From a virus: 5,063 nucleotides of DNA. The stretch spans positions 1 to 5,063 of the IMG/VR virus record IMGVR_UViG_3300020030_000021; one strand, 5' to 3'. This document shows positions 1 through 4,477 of the stretch, piece after piece. The stretch's first letter is position 1. The number at the start of each line of letters is the position of its first letter. The position numbers were made by a program, and so were the translations under genes. Below the pieces are notes generated by a model. It was given only the letters and a program-made list of their open reading frames with translations, did no database searches and was not told where the DNA came from.

Positions 1-70
1 AACACAAAAATAGGCGTCACCGAAGCCAGTTACTTACTTGATGTAACTGGCGTAGGTGACGCAAAAATAA
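1..70. repeat. Terminal direct repeat, most likely the assembly overlap of a circular genome; identical to 4994..5063
   Basis: Base-by-base comparison shows 1..70 equals 4994..5063 (offset 4993). The repeat ends exactly at both window edges, as expected for a circular contig written linearly. Confidence 0.95.
14..62 (+). other. Imperfect stem-loop in the VP3-VP1 intergenic region; function unknown (candidate origin or structural element)
   Basis: GCGTCACC (14-21) pairs with GGTGACGC (55-62). GCCAGTTAC (25-33) pairs with GTAACTGGC (43-51). There is a 3x3 internal loop (GAA/GTA) and a 9-nt loop TTACTTGAT (34-42). It starts right after the VP3 stop codon (position 5006, equivalent to 13). No T-tract follows on the + strand. 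Confidence 0.8.
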
Positions 71-137
71 ACTAAAACCTAAGAATGATTTGCTTTAGGA
101 TAATTCTTAGGTTTACACTTCTAAAGAAGGTGAAAAA

Positions 138-1859
138 TTGGCTCGAAAAATTAGAGTTAGAGGACATCGTTTCAGTGATGCTCCTGCAATGTATATGCGC
201 CGGACTAAATTCGACCGCTCGCATGTCTATAAGACAACTTTCAATTCAGGTAAGCTTATACCTGTTTTCGTTGACGAGGTGCTGCCTGGCGACACTACTA
301 GGATGTCTATTAATTATTTCGCTCGCCTGGCTACTCCTATTAAGCCTATCATGGATAATATTTATCTCGACTGGTTTTTCTTTTTTGTGCCAAACCGCCT
401 TGTGTGGAACCATTGGCAGAATTTCTGCTTCGAGCAGGAAGACCCTGATGATAGTACTGATTATGTCATCCCTACTGTTACTGCTACTGGTAACGCTGAA
501 AATGGTTATGTAGGCTCTCTATGGGACTATTTCGGATTGCCCGTGAATACGTCTGGTAACTTGTCTAGTATTAACGCTCTTCCATTCCGCGCTGTCTACC
601 TCATTTGGAACGAATGGTTTCGTGACGAGAATCTCCAGAAATCCGTTAAGATCCAGAAAGGCGATACCAATGAAGTATTGGATTCTTCTCGCGCTTCTGA
701 TCAGCCTTCTTGGGTTTTCAAATCCGGTACCAATATTGTTCCCGGCTTAGCCTGTCCACCTCGCGGTAAACGTCATGATTACTTTACTTCTGCTCTTCCC
801 TGGACGCAGAAGGGACCCGGTGTATCTGTAGGCCTGGCCGGTACCGCTACCTTAGTCGACCCTTCGCCTGTTTCGGGCTATTTCGTTCAGCAATCTAATA
901 ATAGCTTGGGTGCTGCTCAGTTTTCGAAAGATGGCGGTGTTCATGATGTATTCACTGGAAACGGTTCGTTGCGGTATCAAGGTGGTTATTCCACTGCTAT
1001 AGCTGGTCACTCTGTTAACAGTTCTGGTGTTTCTACTGTTACTGCTCAACCTGGTTCTTCGTGGCTTTCTAAATCTGCTTATGCTGATTTAGATTCTTCT
1101 AGCATTTTCACCATTAACAGTCTTCGTACGGCTTTCCAAATGCAGAAGTTCTACGAACGCCTTGCTCGCGGTGGTAGTCGGTATACTGAAGTTCTTCGCT
1201 CTTTCTTCGGCGTGGTTTCTCCTGATGCTCGTCTTCAGCGTCCGGAGTTCCTGGGGTCTTTCACTAAAATGGTTAACGTCAATCCAATAGCTCAGACTTC
1301 TGCAACCGATAACACCTCTCCTCAAGGCAACCTCTCTGCTTATGGTGTTACTGCTGCTAAGTTCCATGGATTTACTAAATCTTTCGTTGAGCACGGCTAT
1401 ATTATAGGCTTCGTTTCTGCCCGCGCCGACCTAACCTATCAACAAGGCATCAATAAGATGTGGCTTCGTTCTACTGTTTACGATTTCTATTGGCCTACAT
1501 TCGCTCATCTTGGTGAGCAGGCCATTGAGCTTCGCGAGATTTACGCTCAAGGGACTGAATCTGATACTACTGTTTTCGGTTACCAGGAGCGTTATGCTGA
1601 ATATCGTTATAAACCTTCACAGATCACTGGTAAATTCCGTAGTTCTGTAACTGGTGGTAACCTTGACGTATGGCACTTATCCCAGTTTTTTAGCAATGCT
1701 CCTACTCTGAATGAGGAATTCATTATGGAAAATCCACCTATTGAGCGTATTATCGCTGTTCCCAGTGAGCCTGAGTTCCTGCTCGATGTAGGCTTCCGTT
1801 ATACTACCGTGCGTCCTATGCCTATGTTCGGTACGCCCGGTCTTGTTGATCACTTCTAG
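138..1859 (+). CDS. VP1: Major capsid protein VP1 (Microviridae F-family, gokushovirus type), 573 aa, TTG start
   Basis: Longest ORF in the window. The N-terminal block HRFSDAP..RRTKFDRSHVYKTTFNSGKLIPVFVDEVLPGDT matches the conserved gokushovirus VP1 N-terminus as I recall it. The C-terminus ..PMPMFGTPGLVDHF and the overall size fit. GAAGGTGA (126-133) lies 4 nt upstream of TTG 138. An in-frame stop sits at 108-110 and no ATG or GTG occurs before the conserved block. Stop is TAG 1857-1859. Confidence 0.95.
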   Translation: MARKIRVRGHRFSDAPAMYMRRTKFDRSHVYKTTFNSGKLIPVFVDEVLPGDTTRMSINYFARLATPIKPIMDNIYLDWFFFFVPNRLVWNHWQNFCFEQEDPDDSTDYVIPTVTATGNAENGYVGSLWDYFGLPVNTSGNLSSINALPFRAVYLIWNEWFRDENLQKSVKIQKGDTNEVLDSSRASDQPSWVFKSGTNIVPGLACPPRGKRHDYFTSALPWTQKGPGVSVGLAGTATLVDPSPVSGYFVQQSNNSLGAAQFSKDGGVHDVFTGNGSLRYQGGYSTAIAGHSVNSSGVSTVTAQPGSSWLSKSAYADLDSSSIFTINSLRTAFQMQKFYERLARGGSRYTEVLRSFFGVVSPDARLQRPEFLGSFTKMVNVNPIAQTSATDNTSPQGNLSAYGVTAAKFHGFTKSFVEHGYIIGFVSARADLTYQQGINKMWLRSTVYDFYWPTFAHLGEQAIELREIYAQGTESDTTVFGYQERYAEYRYKPSQITGKFRSSVTGGNLDVWHLSQFFSNAPTLNEEFIMENPPIERIIAVPSEPEFLLDVGFRYTTVRPMPMFGTPGLVDHF

Positions 1860-1878
1860 AAGAGGAGGAGTTGGTTAT

Positions 1879-2565
1879 ATGTCATGGCTTTCCGATACAT
1901 TAGGTAGTGTTGCTGGTTCTGTTCTTGGATCTGCAGTTCAAAATCATTACAATTCCGCTAATGCCGCACAGGCTAACGCGTGGAATGTTGAAAATTACAA
2001 GCATCGTTATCAATGGGCTGTCGATGATATGCGTGCCGCTGGTCTCAATCCTATTCTTGCTGCGACTAATGGTATAGGCGGTTCTATAGCTGGAGCTTCA
2101 GCTGCTTCCGTAGGCATGAGTGATATCGGTTCTACCATGAACTCTGCTAGATCCGCTAGTGCCGCTGAAAGGCAGGCTAAGAACGTCGAGCATCTCGCAG
2201 CGTCTCAGATTGATAGAAACTTTTCAGAAGCCAATTACTTTCGTCAGAATGCCCATGGAGTAGTTATTGACAATGGCATTAAGGCTAATAATCTGAATCT
2301 TCTCGAGCAGACCTATGAAAAACGTCTGGGCTATGAGCTTCAACGCATGGATCAGGAGTTGCAGAATCTAAGGCTTCAAGGGTCCTATCTTTCTTCAGGC
2401 ATACTTTCTAATATAGCCTCAGCTAATCAGTCTAATTCTGCCGCGGGCTTCGCGGCTCAAAATGCTCGTCTTTCGAAGCAGGAAGCTGATTTCTATGACT
2501 CATTAGGTGTTGGCAATTCAGGCCTTGGTCACATTCTTCGTGGTATTGGCTATTTATTCAAATAA
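1879..2565 (+). CDS. VP2: Minor capsid / DNA pilot protein VP2, 228 aa
   Basis: ATG 1879 is preceded by AGAGGAGGAG (1861-1870). The motif YQWAVDDMRAAGLNPILAA resembles the conserved AGLNP block of gokushovirus VP2. The protein is Ala/Ser/Gly/Asn-rich and sits immediately after VP1. The ORF-track start at 1843 (TTG) lies inside VP1 and has no SD. Confidence 0.88.
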   Translation: MSWLSDTLGSVAGSVLGSAVQNHYNSANAAQANAWNVENYKHRYQWAVDDMRAAGLNPILAATNGIGGSIAGASAASVGMSDIGSTMNSARSASAAERQAKNVEHLAASQIDRNFSEANYFRQNAHGVVIDNGIKANNLNLLEQTYEKRLGYELQRMDQELQNLRLQGSYLSSGILSNIASANQSNSAAGFAAQNARLSKQEADFYDSLGVGNSGLGHILRGIGYLFK

Positions 2566-2578
2566 AGGAGTGCGTAAC

Positions 2579-2818
2579 ATGTCTAACAAAACTACTATGA
2601 TTCTGACTTTCATCGTCACTGTTGTTGTTCCCTTTATTCAAGAAGTTGTGGATTTAATTGAAGCTCTTAAAGGTCGCTCTACTGCTTCTACTCAGCTTGT
2701 CAGTAAAGTCGCATCCGACTTTTCGCACGATGTTGACAAACTTGTTGAGCCAACTTCTAATAAGAATGATTCTAAAAAAACTAGCCGTTTTTTCGGTTCT
2801 TGGAGGGACGCTAAATGA
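2579..2818 (+). CDS. Hypothetical small membrane protein, 79 aa, N-terminal transmembrane helix
   Basis: ATG 2579 lies 8 nt after AAGGAG (2565-2570), which overlaps the VP2 stop. The sequence is MSNKTT-MILTFIVTVVVPFIQEVV- followed by a hydrophilic tail with a basic end. T-ending codon bias matches the neighbouring genes. It occupies its own non-overlapping slot. Its TGA stop overlaps the next ATG (ATGA, 2815-2818). I recognise no family. Confidence 0.6.
   Translation: MSNKTTMILTFIVTVVVPFIQEVVDLIEALKGRSTASTQLVSKVASDFSHDVDKLVEPTSNKNDSKKTSRFFGSWRDAK
2733..2761 (+). promoter_or_regulatory. Weak candidate sigma70 promoter inside the 79-aa ORF, upstream of the VP8-like gene
   Basis: TTGACA (2733-2738), 17-nt spacer, TCTAAT (2756-2761; 5/6 to TATAAT). 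It lies inside coding sequence and has no TG extension. Confidence 0.3.
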
Positions 2819-2925
2819 AACGTCGAAGATTGTCTAAGCGTGGTTCTCGTCGCCTTTTTCGGCGTACTTCCAGATCTCGTCGCAAAAATTTCAAAAGAGT
2901 AGGACGTGGTGGTTTTAGGATTTGA
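2815..2925 (+). CDS. VP8: Arginine-rich small DNA-binding protein, 36 aa (gokushovirus VP8/ORF8-like, analogue of phiX174 protein J)
   Basis: My own translation, since this ORF is not in the supplied track: MKRRRLSKRGSRRLFRRTSRSRRKNFKRVGRGGFRI. 18 of 36 residues are K or R. GGAGGG (2802-2807) lies 7 nt before the ATG. The ATGA overlap with the upstream ORF suggests translational coupling. The SRRLF core and the RGG-aromatic-basic-hydrophobic C-terminus resemble Chlamydia-phage ORF8 as I recall it. Confidence 0.75.
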   Translation: MKRRRLSKRGSRRLFRRTSRSRRKNFKRVGRGGFRI

Positions 2926-2936
2926 CAATTTGACAA
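2921..2936 (+). repeat. Exact 8-bp tandem duplication TTTGACAA x2, giving two phased -35 boxes
   Basis: TTTGACAA at 2921-2928 and again at 2929-2936, followed by the related TCTGAC. The pair is bracketed by the 7-bp inverted repeat AGGATTT (2917-2923) / AAATCCT (2944-2950). Confidence 0.9.
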
Positions 2937-2958
2937 TCTGACTAAATCCTGATACAAT
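2930..2958 (+). promoter_or_regulatory. Near-consensus sigma70 promoter with extended -10, upstream of VP4
   Basis: TTGACA (2930-2935), exactly 17 nt, then TG-a-TACAAT (TG 2950-2951; -10 at 2953-2958). The predicted start near 2965 leaves only about 11 nt of leader containing AGGTGA before ATG 2976. Confidence 0.6.
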
Positions 2959-2975
2959 CAGTACAGGTGATAAGT

Positions 2976-3887
2976 ATGGTTTGTTATAATCCGATATTAA
3001 TGTACCCAGTCGAAGGAGCGTTTACAAAAAATGGTAAGCAACACTATTCCTTCTACGGCAGCCTTTCCTCTCACCCTGAACTTGCTAACGATAGCCGTTT
3101 CATTCGTTGTTCTTGCAAACAATGTATCGGCTGTCGGCTCGAAAACTCTCGTCAATGGGCTGTCAGAGCTGTTCACGAAGCCCGTACTTCGTCTTCAGCT
3201 TATTTCGTTACGTGTACCTTCGACGATTATCATCTGCCGCATGATAGAAGCTTAAGCAAAAAATTTCATCAGACTTTCATGAAAAATCTTCGTCGAGAGT
3301 ATGGCAGTGGTATTCGCTTCCTCGGCTGTGGTGAATATGGTGAACTTCATGGTCGCCCCCATTATCATTACATATTGTTTAATATTGATTTCGCTGACAA
3401 AATTTTTCGGTTCCGTACAGACGGTTATAATACTTATACTTCTTCTCGCTTTTCCAAAATATGGAAATACGGTATGCATCTTATTGGCGAGTTTAGTTAT
3501 GATTCTGCTGCCTATGTCGCGCGTTACATAGTGAAGAAACAGACTGGCAGTAATGCTGCTGCTCATTATAAAGGCCGTACGCCTGAGTTTATGCTCGCAT
3601 CCAATCGTCCCGGTATAGGCGGAAAATGGCTTGAAGAGCATGGTGAGGAGTGTTATGCTAATGATTTCGTTGTCATCAACGGTAAGAAGATGCGTCCTCC
3701 TCGTTACTATGACAATAAGTTTGATGAAACCCATCCTCACTGGATGGAATATATTCGTAATAATCGTATTGAGAAGATGCTTCATAACTTGGAGAACAAT
3801 ACTTTCGAACGCTTAATCGACCGCTGCCGCGTTCAGGAAGGTAAGTATAAGCATTTTCTCGGCAGAAAGCTTGACAAAGTATTGTGA
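2976..3887 (+). CDS. VP4: Replication initiation protein VP4 (HUH rolling-circle endonuclease), 303 aa
   Basis: Motif I FVTCTF (3204-3221). HUH motif RPHYHYILF (H-Y-H at 3360-3368). Tyrosine motif YVARYIVKK (3513-3539). Cys cluster CSCKQCIGCRLENSRQWAVR is typical of gokushovirus VP4. ATG 2976 lies 5 nt after AGGTGA (2965-2970) and gives the N-terminus MVCYNP. The in-frame GTG at 2967 has no SD. Stop is TGA 3885-3887. Confidence 0.93.
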   Translation: MVCYNPILMYPVEGAFTKNGKQHYSFYGSLSSHPELANDSRFIRCSCKQCIGCRLENSRQWAVRAVHEARTSSSAYFVTCTFDDYHLPHDRSLSKKFHQTFMKNLRREYGSGIRFLGCGEYGELHGRPHYHYILFNIDFADKIFRFRTDGYNTYTSSRFSKIWKYGMHLIGEFSYDSAAYVARYIVKKQTGSNAAAHYKGRTPEFMLASNRPGIGGKWLEEHGEECYANDFVVINGKKMRPPRYYDNKFDETHPHWMEYIRNNRIEKMLHNLENNTFERLIDRCRVQEGKYKHFLGRKLDKVL

Positions 3888-3899
3888 CTGTGTTATTAT
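3871..3899 (+). promoter_or_regulatory. Near-consensus sigma70 promoter with extended -10, overlapping the VP4 3' end
   Basis: TTGACA (3871-3876), exactly 17 nt, then TG-t-TATTAT (TG 3891-3892; -10 at 3894-3899). The architecture is the same as the 2930..2958 promoter. Confidence 0.6.
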
Positions 3900-3917
3900 T
3901 AAGTCAGAAACGAGGTG

Positions 3918-4157
3918 ATGCTTATTAGTGAACTTGAAGCTATTGAAAATTTCTGTAGAAAACGTGATATTTTTTTTAATTACTCTTTTCGTGGGAGTAA
4001 ATATGCCGCTTACCGCCTTAAACCTGATGATTCCAGAGTTATTCGCCTTGATAATGACTATTATGTCATATCAGCTACGCTATATCTCATGATTCGTAGG
4101 TATTTAGTCGCATTTAGAAAAGGAGATGGTTCCGATAAGACTATATTCCATTTATGA
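3918..4157 (+). CDS. Hypothetical protein, 79 aa from ATG 3918 (80 aa from GTG 3915); no recognised family
   Basis: Open frame between VP4 and VP5. By my count about 52% of third positions are T, against about 26% of first and 32% of second positions, which supports coding in this frame. It lies downstream of the 3871..3899 promoter. Weak points: GAGGTGA (3912-3918) overlaps the start codon, so SD spacing is poor, and the 3' end overlaps the VP5 start by 32 nt. Confidence 0.5.
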   Translation: MLISELEAIENFCRKRDIFFNYSFRGSKYAAYRLKPDDSRVIRLDNDYYVISATLYLMIRRYLVAFRKGDGSDKTIFHL

Positions 4158-4416
4158 CAACAAGGCTGAACAGTTCAGCCCTCCGCAGGTCTACCACAAT
4201 GACATGCTCGCTCTGCGAGCTTTCGAAGGTTTGGTTAATGATGATAAGACTCTTATTAACAGTTATCCTGAAGATTTCAGTCTTCATTATGTCGGTAACC
4301 TTGGCGATTCTGATGGCCGTTACTATATTGATGGTTCTGACGAAACCCGCGTTCCTGTACTGGTTGGTCGCGCCGTAGATTACGTGCAGGATGTTGACAA
4401 AGACGCTATTAAATGA
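4126..4416 (+). CDS. VP5: Non-structural protein VP5 (gokushovirus ORF5 family), 96 aa
   Basis: The N-terminus MVPIRLYSIYDNKAEQFSPP matches the conserved ..YD.KAE.f.pP.. signature of gokushovirus VP5 as I recall it. The PEDF/Y..h.lG block (YPEDFSLHYVGNLGD) is also present. Size and position (after VP4, before VP3) fit. AGGAG (4121-4125) directly abuts the ATG, an unusual zero spacing. Tandem stops TGA TAA at 4414-4419. Confidence 0.8.
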   Translation: MVPIRLYSIYDNKAEQFSPPQVYHNDMLALRAFEGLVNDDKTLINSYPEDFSLHYVGNLGDSDGRYYIDGSDETRVPVLVGRAVDYVQDVDKDAIK

Positions 4417-4444
4417 TAAACTGATATAGAGCGTATCAGAAAAA

Positions 4445-4475
4445 GGACGGTCTCGCAAGAGATCGCCCTTTTTTT
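4445..4475 (+). terminator. Rho-independent terminator after VP5
   Basis: GGACGGTCTC (4445-4454) pairs with GAGATCGCCC (4459-4468): 10 positions with one A.C mismatch and one G.T wobble. The loop is the GNRA tetraloop GCAA. A T7 run follows (4469-4475). It is preceded by an A-tract (4440-4444), so the element looks symmetric. Confidence 0.8.
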
Positions 4476-4477
4476 GT

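Noticed and set aside
14-62. Reading the VP3-VP1 stem-loop as a rho-independent terminator
   Set aside because: It is followed by AAAAATAA rather than a T-tract on the coding strand. A T-rich run exists only on the minus strand, where there are no genes. It is kept as a structural or origin candidate instead.
63-137. Promoter for VP1 in the spacer (TTGCTT 90-95, TTTACA 112-117, GATAAT 99-104)
   Set aside because: No -35/-10 pair falls at 16-18 nt spacing, and the individual hexamers are expected by chance in AT-rich sequence.
447-471. Second partial dif-like match GATGATAG-TACTGA-TTATGTCATCC in VP1
   Set aside because: The XerD arm matches only 7/11 and the inner arm is broken (ATAG). The shared TTATGTCAT is explained by D-Y-V-I codons. 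I note it only because it weakens the significance of the 4044..4071 hit.
852-1394. Minus-strand ORFs 852..1049 (65 aa) and 1089..1394 (101 aa) inside VP1
   Set aside because: They are antisense to a confidently identified capsid gene. They have no SD, and their Arg/Ser/Asn-rich composition is typical of shadow frames. Every supported gene in this ssDNA phage is on the + strand.
1843-1878. Upstream TTG start (1843) for VP2 given by the ORF track
   Set aside because: It lies inside the VP1 3' end and has no SD. ATG 1879 sits at proper distance from AGAGGAGGAG and starts right after the VP1 stop.
2507-2578. GTG 2507 extension of the 79-aa ORF (the 103-aa version in the track)
   Set aside because: The extension is the +1 frame of the VP2 3' end, so its hydrophobicity is a by-product of the T3 bias. 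It has no SD, whereas ATG 2579 has AAGGAG 8 nt upstream.
2692-2928. Minus-strand 78-aa ORF
   Set aside because: It is antisense to both the 79-aa ORF and the SD-equipped Arg-rich VP8-like ORF. Its Thr/Ser-rich sequence is the mirror of the Arg codons, and it has no start signals.
2917-2965. Possible dif site in the VP8-VP4 gap, where I recall enteric gokushoviruses carrying theirs
   Set aside because: The best alignment to reverse-complemented E. coli dif is about 12/28 (XerD arm 7/11), and it lacks the ATAA-N6-TTAT inner palindrome. The promoter and repeat interpretation explains the region better.
2967-2975. GTG 2967 as the VP4 start (306-aa version)
   Set aside because: GTG 2967 sits inside the AGGTGA SD that serves ATG 2976. 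The ATG also gives MVCYNP, an N-terminus like those I recall for other gokushovirus Rep proteins.
3031-3816. Plus-strand overprinted ORFs in VP4 (3031..3255, 3301..3531, 3631..3816) and the 177-aa minus-strand ORF 3252..3785
   Set aside because: All three + ORFs are in the +1 frame of VP4 and are Leu/Ile/Val/Phe-rich, as expected from T-rich third positions. None has an SD. The minus-strand ORF is an antisense shadow with no signals.
4108-4157. Programmed +1 frameshift fusing the 80-aa ORF to VP5
   Set aside because: The frames are compatible in the 4108..4157 window, but I see no recognisable slippery or shifty site. VP5 also has a normal length and its own ATG.
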